In this document: positions 1-13,729 of the stretch, in pieces
Position numbering within the stretch: the first letter of the stretch is position 1
Layout of the letters: each line of letters starts with the position of its first letter
DNA from: the human T2T-CHM13v2.0 reference genome, Homo sapiens
DNA length: 64,000 bases
NCBI RefSeq assembly: GCF_009914755.1
Contig: NC_060939.1
Strand: one strand, 5' to 3'
Notes under the pieces: model-generated
The model's database searches: none
Told to the model about the DNA's origin: nothing
The model's input: only the letters and a program-made list of their open reading frames with translations
Position numbers and translations under genes: made by a program

Positions 1-1168
1 AGCTAAACTTCATAAGCCCACATAGAGATACATTATAATCAAACTTGTAAAAGACAAAGAATCTTGAAAGCAGCAAGAGAGATGTGACTCCTCCACATAC
101 CAGATCCAGAAAATCTGTCCTTCAAGATTTGGGGAGAAATCAAGATATTCCATAATATGCTAAATCTGTGAGAGTTTACTGCTACTAGACCTGCCCTACA
201 AGAAATGCCAAAGGGAGTCTTTAAGGTTGAAATTTTAAAAAGCTACACAGTAACTCAAAGCTTCATGAACATAGAGTGATCTCCAATAAATGTAAATATA
301 ACGTGTGGAGAAACAGAAAAAGAGCCACTGTTATAGTAATTTTCATTTGTAATTGTACTTTGTATTTACTATAAGATTTAAAAGACAAATATGTTAATTA
401 TTATAAATCAATGTTATTGGTCACATAATGCATAAAGATATACTTTGTGACATCAGAAACATAAAAGAGAGCAGAAAGAGTAAAGTTGTAGAGTTACTAC
501 TTGCAATAATAGTTAATTTGGCATTAGTTGAAATGAGAGTGTAATAATTTTAAGATGTTATATATAATCCCCAGGGTAACTGCAAATGAAATATCTATAG
601 TCTATATGCAAAAGAAAATGAGAAGAGAAGCAAAACATGTCATTACACACACAAAATTTCAACGGAACACAAAATAAGCCAGTAATGGAGGAAATTATGG
701 CAAATAACGAAAAGGCAAAAGTCTTCCATTATTAGGAATTACCTTAAATATAAATGGGTTAAACTATCCAATCAAAAGGCAGAGATAGGTAAAATGGATA
801 ACAACACAATTAAACAAACAGTTATCCAACTCTATGCTGCCTACAAAATACTCACTTTAGACCTAAAGGGATAAATAGGATAAAGTTGGAAGAATGAAAA
901 AACACACTTCACATAAATAGTAACCAGAGGACAGCCGAGGGGGCGATACTATCAGATAAAATAGATTTTAAGTCAGAAACTATTCTAAGAGACAAAGAAG
1001 AAAATCATATACTGATAAAATGATAAGGTAATATGAAGACACCAATTGTAAATATATATGCACCAAATAACAGAGCCCCAACATCTATCAGGCAAACATT
1101 GGTAGAACTGTAAGGAGAAATAGTTCTACAACAATAGCTGGAGACTTCTATACTTCACTTTCAATAAC
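1..1168 (+). mobile_element. Old L1M fragment: ORF1 3' end, inter-ORF region and ORF2 endonuclease N-terminal part (decayed)
   Basis: Degenerate L1 motifs: ILKAARE (~61), TRPALQEMPKGV (~185), ITLNINGLNYPIKR (~738), LCCLQ (~832), IYAPNNRAP (~1054), AGDF (~1137); interrupted by stops and frameshifts. Confidence 0.9.
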
Positions 1169-1274
1169 TGTCCTCTTCCCTACTGCCGATCATGTAAATC
1201 TACCTACGTTTTCATCCTTATCCATCCCTTGTTCTTCCCGTTATCATGGGGAAATGCTCTCTCTCATCACATAT

Positions 1275-1527
1275 GTGTGAATTTTCCAGTTCTCCTTCTG
1301 TTATTTTTAGCTTCATTCCATAGTGATTAAAAAAATGTTGTATAATTTCAGTCTTTTAAAATTGATTAACACTTGTTTTGTAGCCTAAGATATGCTCTAC
1401 ACTGGGGACTATTCCATATGTACTTGAGAAAAATATGTATTCTGCTCTTGTTGGGTAGAGTGTTCTATATTTGTCTGTTAAATCTAATTTGTTTATAGTG
1501 TTGTTCAAGTTCTCTTTTCTGTTATGC
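1275..1527 (-). mobile_element. L1M ORF2 endonuclease continuation, inverted relative to the upstream piece
   Basis: ORF 1356-1547(-) reads LNNTINKLDLTDKYRTLYPTRAEYIFFSSTYG...EHILGYK, the L1 EN segment following GDFN. Confidence 0.9.
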
Positions 1528-2729
1528 ATCGCTAGTATAAAATACAATAAAATAAAAATTCAATTTAATTCCACATCCCCTGCCAGATCCCCATTCTTTC
1601 AAACTCAATTCTTGAAAGACTAGGGATGGAAGATGTATGTGGGTTTGCAGGATTGGCAGTGGGGCAAAGATAACATTTATTTGTGAAGCTTACTGTTCTG
1701 AGAAGGAGGATATGATGTCATCTACTTTAGATGAGAAGGAAGTTAAAGTGTTGTATGTGTTAGAGGAAAGAGGGAAAAGTCTTCAAGAGTTGTTAAGTTT
1801 GAAGGTAAGATTTGGCTAGTTTTGATGGTAATTGGAGTTTAGAAGCTGTTGTTTTGATTTTAGTAAGCCAGAACTCAATCTAATGTGCTTTAGGTTTCCA
1901 AACATTATTGAGAGGCCATTCTCCTAGATGAACTGTGGGACCCTACTCAATTTATGTTTTATTATTTATTTATTACATAAACTCAGATGCTTATAAAACA
2001 CTTTAGGCAGTTTAAAATGTCAATTTTATTTATTTTAATTGCCTATTTCTATAAAAGCCTAAGGTCAAATGTAAAAAATAAGACAGGTTTAAAACAGCAT
2101 AAAGAATATACAAATATATGTTTCACATATCTGGAATCATTTAATTAATTAATATATTTAGCTAGGGGCTTCCTGGCAAACAAAGCAAAAGGGATACACA
2201 TTGAAATATAGATTTTATATCATATAAAGGAAATCTCCTGGGAAAAAATAATTTTTCTGGTACTAAACTTCTAGCACAAACAGTGTCATATAGATCTTCA
2301 TCTATGGGACATTAAGTGATATGATGGGCAATGTCTTCAACTCTGACCTTCTGAAAATACAGAACATTCTTCGAAAGGTCTTGTAATACCTTCCTATGAA
2401 GGCTGAGAATATAATGTTAAATCTCAACTCAAAGAAGACATTGCTTTGAAAAATTAAGATTTTATTGCCCTGGTAGTTGTGGTTTGATGATTTACTTTAA
2501 TCTGAAGATAAAACTTTGGGTTCTTAGAGGGGAGGAGAGATGACTAATTTGTGCCTCCATCCACCACGCTGAAATATTTTCTGTCTTTAGCCGGTCTTTG
2601 GCAGGAATGAATGTAAGATAAATTTCTTGTTGAATATTCAGACAGGAGTCTACAAATGTTAGATAGTCTTCCAGCTCACTAAATGCATTCTTCAGTTGTG
2701 CTTCCTGCACTATTCATTCACGGGATTGA

Positions 2730-3167
<438 letters not shown>

Positions 3168-5129
3168 AACTGTGCTTATTTTAATATATTGATCTGTTTG
3201 CTCTGTTTCCCAAAGTTGTGGAGATAGGTATCTTTCTTGTCTTTGTCCAATTGTGTGTGTTTCTTGTTCATATGCACTAGTTTATGCATCTAATTACAGA
3301 GGCCTTCCTCAGTGATGAAGAGAAAATACCTTTTAAGTATGAAAGCTTTATTTCCAGCCTGGGTGTTACCGTACTGTTTCCTGATCCCTTCAGAAAGTTT
3401 AGAGTTGTAAAGGGCTTGGTGGCCTAGACCCTCCAGATATGGCATCCGAAGTGTCATCCCATAGAGTACCCTTTCTGCTATCTCTCTTTGGAGCACCCCA
3501 GGACATAATTCTACCTTCCATAAAAGTTCTCTCCTGATAGATTTCTGGCTCTTGTCCCCTTCTTAAGTCCAATTTAACATGCCTTCCATCTTTAAGGTAT
3601 ATATTTTAAATTTCTGATTCAATATGAATTTCTTTTTTCTCAGGTAAAATAAGTTTAACAATAAATTGCTGTAATCACTAGGTATTTGAGGCAGGGGACG
3701 AGGAGGACATTGCCAGATATGTTACATCTGTCATCTTGTTTAAATTCTTGATGGTTTCTGTGGGGTTGAGACTATTAAAGAAATAAACACTTAATTAAAT
3801 GGCTCCATGAAAAGGTACTTCTGATGAGTAGAAGTCCCAAAATCTGATTTTAAACATGACCAGATTTTACATACAGAATAATATAAAGGATTTACTCTAT
3901 TGATTCATGAAGCTGAAAATGAACAAACCTAACATTTAAATTATGATTTTCTGTAGCTGAGACCTCTTTTTCATAGCTCATTGAGTATTTTGTAGAGTAT
4001 AACTGCCTGCACAGAAAATACTCATTCACTGATTTTTATATGGATCTTTTTATTTAGAAAAATAGTTGTCAACTGCTTTTACATTCAAACATTCTGAAAA
4101 TTAAGTTTTATTTTTCAGATAATCTAAATTATTTTTATCTTCTACGGTACTTCTCATAACAATAATGCTTACAGTAATTTAAGAGAGATTTTACATTTGT
4201 AAACTGTAAAATGCTGTTAAGAGATGACACGCTGTTTTTGTTTCACAGCCTGCAATCTCAAAATTTGATAAAGTGGTTGTTTGATCAATACCTGAGCTTA
4301 AGAAAAAAATAGACAAATACTTTTCTTTCACAGATAATATGGAAATGCTTATTGAAGGCATCAGTAGTTTTCAAGCATTTCCAATAGCCTGTGGGTCACC
4401 ACCTCCACAGTATGAAACAAGAAGCAATAGTGTTACTGTTTGTGTCCACGATTCCCAGGATAAGTGACTTAGTTGCGTTCATTTTTGCCTCTTGAATCTT
4501 TCTCTACTAAGTCCATGTGAAACACACAAACATTCACATGCACATTAAGAAAAATGATGTCAATCACTTTCATGCTTTTCCGTTTCTTTTATTTCTTGGT
4601 ACAAAGGATCACAACCTAAATGTGGATTATTCATAAGACAGATATCATGTTAAACAGGAATGTATGCTTTCAATATGAATAATGGTCTCTAAAGAATAAA
4701 AAAAGTGCCTGCTTTCAAACACAGGTGACCTAGTCAGCACTTTCTAAATGACTAGGGGAACTCAGTTTTTTCTTCTGGAAAATGGAATTGATAATATTAA
4801 ATATTTGGTGAAGGGCTATTTGGATGTGGAACCGCATAAATTATATTCATGATATTGGTATCTGATAATTGCATTTCCAATAGGAATTACAATTAAGACT
4901 CTTGCAATATGACATACTTTTGATCATTTTAATTTCCTTTGTGATTGCAGAGAATGATAATTCTTTGGGGGACTTGACTCCAATTTTCACATTACAAAAG
5001 AAAAGTTTGGATAATGGAATAATGCAGAGATGAAGGAAGTCTTGATCTCCAATAGCTTATTTCCCCCTTTTCCATTTCTGCAGTGGGGATGCCACCTGTG
5101 TTCTGCTCATTATAAAACTTTTAGCAAGA

Positions 5130-5600
5130 GGCTAATGAAATGCAAAGCTTTCTATAAGACCAGCACCAGCCTGCCTATCAAATCGTCTGAAATATTTATT
5201 TGCCCTCTTGAATAATTGATAGGGGCATCAGCTCTCCCGGTCAATTGATTTATTAAGGGACTGTTTGGAATTAAACAGCTTAAAGATATTAGATTTAGCA
5301 GTGATCTTGCTTGTTAGCATATTCATTTACCTACAGGAGCTCCCATTAGATATTGTTAATACATGACGTCTCTAGTCACGGCCTGTATCTCCTCAAATTG
5401 CATTAACGCCAGGCTGTTTAGCCACAGAATAACAGGTTTGATTGAGTGCTTGGGTTTGGTGTAATTAGATTTTCCTAGAAGAGGGGGGACTACTTTAATG
5501 CCATATGCATTAAACTAGATATGTCATCAGCATTACTGTAATTGGTGAACAGGAACGCTGGAGACCTGGCTGTATGTGAATGTTTGTGTTTATGGCTCAC
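5130..5600. promoter_or_regulatory. Candidate conserved non-coding element / enhancer
   Basis: Repeat-free; dense TAAT/TGAT motifs (TGATTTAT, TAATTG, GTAATTAG, TAATTGG), TGACGTC near 5365, retained CpGs. Confidence 0.45.
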
Positions 5601-6337
5601 CCGTCCATTCTCATAGATGGCACATAATAGCTATGCTTACTTACATATGCATGATCCTGAGGGGGAAAAAAACCTGACCTCTTTAATAAGCATCTCTTTT
5701 GAAAAAGGTGGAAAATTCTATCCTGAGTAATGGGATCAATTTTTCGTCTGTTAAAACTGCCAATTATTTCTCTTACTGAAAAGGTCATGTGGCTGGTTAA
5801 TCAATGATGAAAATAGTATGGGAATATATGTGGGTATATTCATGTGTTTGATTTGCATTTCACTCTAAGACTATCTGCTTCGGTTTCCAATTGTTATCCT
5901 GATTGGGGGCCACAAACACACCAGCAGAGCTCTCTTTCCCCAGTGTTTTCTCTAAGGAATTACACCTTCTTATTAACAGAGATGCATAGAGAAAATGAAA
6001 TCATTTCTGGTCACTTTTCCCTTTTGGAGCTAATTCAGTATGTGCAAAGAAGCACTAACTTTGCACATTCAGGAACAATGTATCCCCCTATAGCAACCTG
6101 TGTAGTGGGAGAACGTGGGAGTGTGAATGAAACTAGCGTTAGACCAATTGAAAGGTAAGCCAATTTTTCTTTCCTATTTCCATGTTCATTTACTGTCTGT
6201 CTTCCCCAGGCTGTAAGAGCCCTTTGGATTACATCCCAAGTATCCACAACTTAAACAGGGAGGCACACTTGGAACTTACCTTTCTCTTTCTGTGAATCGC
6301 CTTTTCTACATTAAAGTTATGAAAATATAATATGTTT

Positions 6338-6772
<435 letters not shown>

Positions 6773-8275
6773 GCCTTCTTCCGCAGTTCCTTAAGACCTT
6801 GATTGCACACAAAAAAATGAAAAGATTATTTCATTTTATGTTACATATATATCAATAAGTAATAATAAAACTTATAGGTAACCTTGCTATCCACAAGGCA
6901 GGGACCCATAGGTTGTCCCATTTATGGTGACGTTTGGTTAAAGACTACATTTGGTTAAAGACTCTGAGGTCTACATTTGGTTAAAGACTCAGGCTCCAGG
7001 AGATCAAGCTACCTCTCTGAGTTCACAAAGCTAATAAAAGCAGAATCAAAATTTGAATCATTTTAATGTCCATGCCCTTCCCACTATAACATGCTGCCTA
7101 CTTAATGACATTGACAGTGATCAGGCATTTTTTTTTTTGAAGCTGACTTCTTAATGTAAAGGAGGAGCCTAGATTGGTTTAATTTTGGTGATCAGATAGG
7201 CTAATTTAAATGGCCATCACCTTGGCAGATGTGTAAGATTGATTTTTAGGGTAAGGAGGAGTTTAGGGAAGGGATAATCACAGTTCTCCTGACTGATGTC
7301 TGATACTTGAGGGAGATGGTGAAAGGGGAATTAGAAAGCTTAGTAAGTGACTTGGTGTCCTTTAAATTCTGTATAGGTGACTTTGACTCTCTTAACACCG
7401 CAAGTACTTTCCTGGGGTTGAAGAGCAGCGGCAGCTCCAATGCTTATATAGAAGGGGATTAAGGTAGCAATCATTGGAAGAAACCTTGTTTAAAACTATG
7501 TCTATATAGCCAACACCACACTTTTACTAGGGTTGGGGACCCGTGCAGATTATATGGCAGAGTTTAAAGTACTGCCCCAACCCCCACTTCTGATCATACC
7601 CATCTGATGAGAGAGGAAGAAGGCTGGCAAAAAAGCAAGAGTTACCTGAAATTTAATTCCACTGACAAGTTGCAGGACTGACACGATCCTTCTTGGCTGT
7701 AAACAAAATTAGTGTAAAGATATGTATGAAAGAAGTCTCCTCTAAATTTGAGATGACTTTCTAGATCTCCAAATGAACGTCTCATAGCAAAATGATTCCT
7801 CAATTTTTAGAAAAGCTTATGAACAATGAGTTACATCAGTGATTACCCATGAGTAAAGGTGAAATTAAATGGGAGTAAAGAGGTGTTTGAAACTATTTTA
7901 TTCCATCAAATTACCACATTAGGATAGTTTCAATATTATTTGTCATTTCTCAAACAGATTCATAATGGGACACATTTTCCCTAATAATAGCTGTGTATTG
8001 GGTTTGTCTGTGAATATAAAGGCTAATGAAAATGCCACTTCCTTGAAAGGGAGTTTGTTGGAAATTAGAACTTAGCATTGACATAAACTCACTTCTCTAA
8101 CTGAAAAAAAATACACATATACATGCTTATTTATATATATCTAATACTATATAATATATAAAATAACAGATAGCTAGCTACATACTATAATTGGATGTAA
8201 GGGAAAGTGACGACTCTCAGTGATGAGACTATAAACTGGTTCCCAGATTTGGATAAAAAAGAGAGCCATGAATTA

Positions 8276-8452
8276 GCTTGGCACAGTAGCACCAGCTACT
8301 AGGGAGGCTGAGGCAGGATGATCCACTGAGCACAAGATTTTTGAGGCTGTAAGTTCTATGATTGTGTCTGTAAATAGCCACAGCATTCCAGGTTGGTCAA
8401 CATAGTGAGACCACATTTCTAAAAAACAATAAATAAACAAATAAAAATTAAA
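8276..8452 (+). mobile_element. FAM (fossil Alu monomer)
   Basis: Monomer with FAM/7SL-type GTAAATAGCCACAGCATTCCAG...CAACATAGTGAGACC segment, A-rich tail, TSD AGCCATGAATTA at 8264-8275 and 8458-8469. Confidence 0.85.
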
Positions 8453-8689
8453 AGGGCAGCCATGAATTATTCTGTGTTGTTGGAAATTGTTCATGGCCTC
8501 ATAAGGGGGATAATTTTCAAAATAGCATTTGTTTGGGACAATCTTGCAAGGTTTATCTTAATTGAATTTGAAAATACTTTTTAAAATTCCCTAGAAAGGT
8601 TACTGTTCTATATGAGGCACAACCAGAGCAAGTTTCTGTTCAGTATAGTCCTTGGCCACCTGCAAGTCCTAGGTGCAGGCTTGGGGACG

Positions 8690-8966
8690 GTCAGGATAGG
8701 TATGTGTGCTGTGCTGTCTTGGGGCAGGGCAAGGTGGATACCAGCCCTGCCTCATTCCTGCAGCATTACGGTGCACTCAGAATGCAAATTGGCAGGTGCC
8801 AATTCAGATACCTAGCACATCCTGAAAGGGAGGTTGCAATCTGTAGGGAGTGGGCTGCTCTCCCTGTGTTAGAGTTCAGCCCTTGGGTAGGGGGTGTCTG
8901 GGTCCTTGTCGAAGTCCCACATTTTAATTTTTCACTGGGCCCTGCAAATTAAGTAGCCAGTCCTGC
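8690..8966. mobile_element. MER45-family hAT element fragment
   Basis: Ends in CACTGGGCCCTGCAAATTAAGTAGCCAGTCCTG, resembling the MER45 terminus; left boundary uncertain. Confidence 0.5.
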
Positions 8967-9260
8967 CCAGACACACTCACACAAAGGCTCATCACGATGA
9001 CCACTGTCAAACATTAACCAGAATCACTACCTCAAGACACTTCAATAATTTTGAATGCTCTTACCACCACTCCCATAACAAATGCAAACACAATTTAGAC
9101 TGAGAAATAATAAACCTTATAATGGGTTAGTGATTTGCCTACGTTTACAGAATTTTCTTAATACATTCGTTGTTAAGAGGGAAACAATTAAATGCTAGTC
9201 AAAATCCCTGGAGATAGTGAGCTGGCAAATAAGTTAAACACCTTTCCAGGGCTCAGTTTC

Positions 9261-10167
9261 CTAAAAACAGCAGCTAGTGAAAAACAACTCAATTTATCGT
9301 TGGAGAAACTGTCAAAATCTGTGCCCCCACGAAATCTCCTGTTGAAATGTAATCCCCTGTGTGGGAGGTGACCAAAGCGGAGATTCTTAATGGCCATCAG
9401 AGTTTTTGATACCTCTGTGAATATTATTTATTACTGTCATTTCTACTACTATTATTACATTCTGCATTTGAAAAAAAATGAGGGTCCATGGATTAATTTC
9501 TGTCCCCACTGCCCACGTGACCCCTGAGTATGGTTGTATATCCATAACTACACTTACACTCTTCCTTTTCTCTTTCTTCTTCATCTTGGGCTTTTCCCCC
9601 AAGTCTTTATTTCCTCTTCCCTTTGCCATGTCTAGTTTCCAGCACCCAGTGTCATCTATGAACACTCTGTAGCATTGCTGCAGGGACCACACTTGGTGAA
9701 GATGCCCTGTGCCCCTGTGTTAGGCCATTCTTCATTGCTATAAAGAAATACCTGAAGCTGTGTAATTTATAAAGGAAAGATATTTAATTGGCTCACAGTT
9801 CTCCAGGCTATACAGGAAGCATGGTGCTGGAATCCTCTTGGTTTCTGGTGAAGCCTCAGGAAACTTAACAGCCATGGCAGGAGGGAAGCGAGGAACAGAC
9901 ATCCCACATGGCCAGACCAGGAGCATGAGTGAAGGGGGCATAAGTCACACACTTTTAAACAACCAGATCTCCCGTGAACTCACTCCTCATCAAGAGGCTG
10001 GCTCCTTAAGCCATTCATGAGAGACCTGCCCCCATGATCCAAACACTTCCCTCAGGCCCCACCTCCAACAGAGGGGATTACATTTCAACAGGAGATTTGG
10101 CAGGGGCACGGATTTTGAGTTTCTCCAAGGATAAATTGAGTTGTTTTTTACTAGCTGCTGTTTTTAG
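9261..10167. repeat. 110-bp inverted repeat, arms 9261-9370 and 10060-10167
   Basis: Manual alignment: 8 mismatches plus one 2-nt indel. Confidence 0.95.
9716..10110 (-). mobile_element. MaLR solo LTR (MSTB-like), one terminus truncated
   Basis: TGTGTTAGGCCATTCTT...GCTATAAAGAAATACCTGA...GGCTCACAGTTCT...CCCATGATCCAAACAC...ATTACATTTCAAC pattern. Confidence 0.9.
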
Positions 10168-11229
10168 AGATGTTTGGGAAATAATCCATACAATATTTGG
10201 GGAGTTCCTCTGAGGACTACCATCTATGTATGTGTGGACATTAAGTCTTTGAGGGTTGGTGTTTTTTCCTTTTGATTAAAATGTCCTGCTTGGACTCCTC
10301 TTCATTCACTTTGAATCATTCCATTTTGAACCAGGACCGAGCTGGGTGGGCTAAGGCTACATGTAGTTTTGTCCCGGGGCCTGACAGGGTGCTGCTCAGG
10401 AGTCCGCTAGCCCACACAGTCCATACTTCTGATTCACAGTCAGCCTGGGAGTTGCTGCCAGCCCTAGATCCCCATCTGTGGAGTTCATTGGTTTTTTTCC
10501 TTCCCTGATGTGTGACCCTGCACTCAGAAGACCTCATTCTCTTGTTTCTGACCATTTCTCCAAGTTTGTCTGAGTCTTTTTGAATTATACTCCTGTATTC
10601 TAGAGTTCCGGTCAGCCTTCTCTGCTGGGTTCAAAGCACAGCCACAATGAGTCCACAATGAGTACTCTCCATGTAAACACATTTTCATGGTGAAAGCTAC
10701 AACATATTTTAAATTATTATGGTTATAGCATTATAAAAACATTAAAAGCATGAAATTATGTAATTGTATTTACATATGAAATCTGTCTATATCTATACAT
10801 AGGAAGATCCAAGGGTACATATGTATGTATACTTGTGCATGTGGGATTTATTCTTCTGACTCAGGAAAGCAATTTGATGAAGTGACATGTTTCTACTAAA
10901 CAGCACACATCAAGACACGTTATGCTGCTTCTGTTTATCCCACCTACTGGAAGGATTTAGATTATATTCTGCACATTACTGAATCAGACAAATAAGGAGT
11001 AGATGTTGAATTGAACAACTTACTGCTTACATTCATTGCTTGCTGTTTTATTTAGAAAGGCAATTCTCACTGAAAGTCCAAAAAAAAAGTGAGAGAAATG
11101 AATATCCAAAAATATTCATTTCATTTTCTCGGGAAAACAGCATCTCCCCTTCAAGGAACATGAATTGTTCTCTCTCCTTAACTCTTCAGCCAGCTCCCTC
11201 TGGATCTCAACTTTGGCTCTATTGCTTGG

Positions 11230-12100
11230 TTTTTCTTTCCTTCTTTTTTTTTTTTTTTTCTTTCCTGTGTGTGCGTGTGTGCAGGGAGGAGAAGCCATGT
11301 GTCTGAGGTGGCAACAGCAGTCGCGGAGCCAGCGCCTTAATCACTGTTTACTGATTTAGTCCATTTTACTAGCAGGCAGTGCTTTTCCAGAGAGCTGTTT
11401 TCCTGGCGGGGTGCAACGACTGCTTTCAGGGGCAAAAGTATGTGTCTCGAAGCTGTCTGGCTCACTCTCCCTGGCACTCACTGGCTTGCCACCCCTGGCA
11501 GGGCCGCTGCACCCAGGCAATGGGCCGGCGTGTCCGCCTCTGCCTCTGACGGTGCTCATCTGGAGGTAGTGTTAATGAGAGCTGGAGGAAAGCAGGAGGC
11601 AGGGCATAGAGGACCCACCGGGGCGTCCAAACAATACCTATGGCAGGCAGAGCCAGCACGTTTCACACTGCGCCTCTGCTCCCGTGGTGAACAGAATTGA
11701 AAATGACAGATCGAGGATTTTGCCTTCCCCTCTGATAGGCTTTTTTGTTTGGTTTGTTTACACCGCTTTGGGGTTGGGTGGCTGCTATTGTTGTTGCTGT
11801 CTTTCCTCTCTGCTTTTTCCTTACAATTGTGTACTTGTTACACTTAAAATGGTGGCTTAGAGATGAACAAGAAAAAGGGCCAGTTAGGAATTGCTCATGT
11901 TTCTTGAATAGTTTATTTGTCACTTTTAATAATCCCCATCTTTCCTCTCCCATTTGTCATGGTCAGCACCTGAACTCCTCCAGTGACTGGCAAATTCAGA
12001 GAATCGTAGAGGGTGGGCTGACCTGTGAAACTAGGTTTGCAGGACAAAAGAGAAGTGGGTGACGTGAGTGTTGGAAAAACTCTGTGGGTATCAGTGTAAG
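11230..12100. promoter_or_regulatory. GC/CpG-retaining unique block; candidate regulatory element or + strand exon
   Basis: About 18 CpGs in 11270-11720, no repeat recognised; long polypyrimidine tract then GCAG|G at 11284/11285. Confidence 0.45.
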
Positions 12101-13729
12101 TGTGTGAACATCAAAGGTGTCGTATGGCTCTTCTAGGTAACTACTCCGAGGACCAATCAAATGGCTCTAATGCATCCCCACTGGCATATCTCATGTTAGA
12201 GTCCGTTCAGGGCAAGAGGATCATTCATCAGACATGAGGGTTTTCACTGGTCCCAGGCCTGAGAAAATTCAAGGGCATGGCTGTAAGCTCGCGGTGGGAG
12301 CCAGGGCTTTGTCTAAAGGGAAACTTGCCAGCAACATGAGTTGCTGATATCACGATAATCCCCAAAATAACAAACTCCTTTCCCTCTCACGCTTCTTACT
12401 CTTCTGCTGTCCAGTCCAGATGTGTTGGAGGGTGATTTCCCATCTCGTGCTTTCTGTACTGTTTTTAATTGAAGGAGTTATGTGTGCATCCCAAATAAAA
12501 TGTTCAACATTAGATTGAAAAACCATCATTATAACCACTGCAGTCAGCCGTAGTGACTGCCATGAGATGCCAGGTGCTTTGAAACATCCTATACTGGCAT
12601 CCTCATTCTCCTACAGTCCAGGCTACCCTCCTGCCTGACCATCCACTGAAACTCTCAGTGGTATCCAGTGCGCCATCATCGTCCTCTTCCTGTCACCTGC
12701 AGGATCTACCAGAGACTCAGTGCAGTTGATCCATTTCTCCTTTCCAACACTCTCCTTTTCCATTTAATAATTATTCCAGTAATCTCCCAGTCTCCCATAA
12801 ACTCACAGGACTCAGTGAGATTGGGGAATAATGTCAATGTCCATGGAGCGTCTTGAAAACATTCATGGCAAACTGTGCTTGCTATCTTAAAACACTCTCT
12901 ACACACTTCAAGCATCAGTTTAAGAAAGTGTGCTGCTTTGAATTCAGTAGTATTTATCAGGGCCTATGCTAGGGAAAGATTCCTTTCCAACCTCAATAAA
13001 AAGCCCTCTGATTTCTATATGATCATCATTATTAATATTAATAATAATGCAAATAAAGTGTCCCTAATGCCTTTATAAGTAGCCATCAAATGATGACATT
13101 TCTAAGGACTAAGATTTGGAAAATCAGAGAAATGTCTGGTAAAGTGAAGTCTCCAGTTTTGCTTTTAACCCTACTTGTCACTGTCCTTACCTATGTGGAA
13201 AGGAATTGATTTCATGTGTGTTGATACTATGCACAGTTGACAATGCCCCACGTGTACATAGTCAGAACCTTTAGTGGCACAGAGACAGATGCAGAACCGC
13301 ATTTTCTGCTGTCTGCAATTGTGCAGGTAAGGGACACCACAAAAAGGACTCTGCCCTGCCTGGGACATTGTCACAGAGATTAGCATCTTTGCTGGAAAAT
13401 TCAGAGCAATGTGGATCTAAAACAAACTATAAACATATCTCAAAAGTAGACACTTTCTCTAAGTGAAGCATAGCAGTAGCGTGTGACACTGGCCTGGATG
13501 TTTGCAGAAGGACTGTTATCCTAAGAATGCTCTAGTCTTCACACATCTCAACAACATCGTCTCAAGTTCAAAGTTGTTATTTTCTCTCTTTCAACTCAAA
13601 GTAGATAATATTTGAAATGAGGGAGAGTGAGAGAGAGAAATGAAGTGAGAAAAAGAAAGAAGGAGAGATCACCTTTAAGGCTTTTCTTTTCTCTTTCTTT
13701 CAAATGACACAATAGAATTTTTTTTTCCT

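Noticed and set aside
11356-11659. Minus-strand ORFs in the GC-rich block as a coding exon
   Set aside because: No recognisable homology, weak acceptor, and open frames on both strands are expected at this GC content
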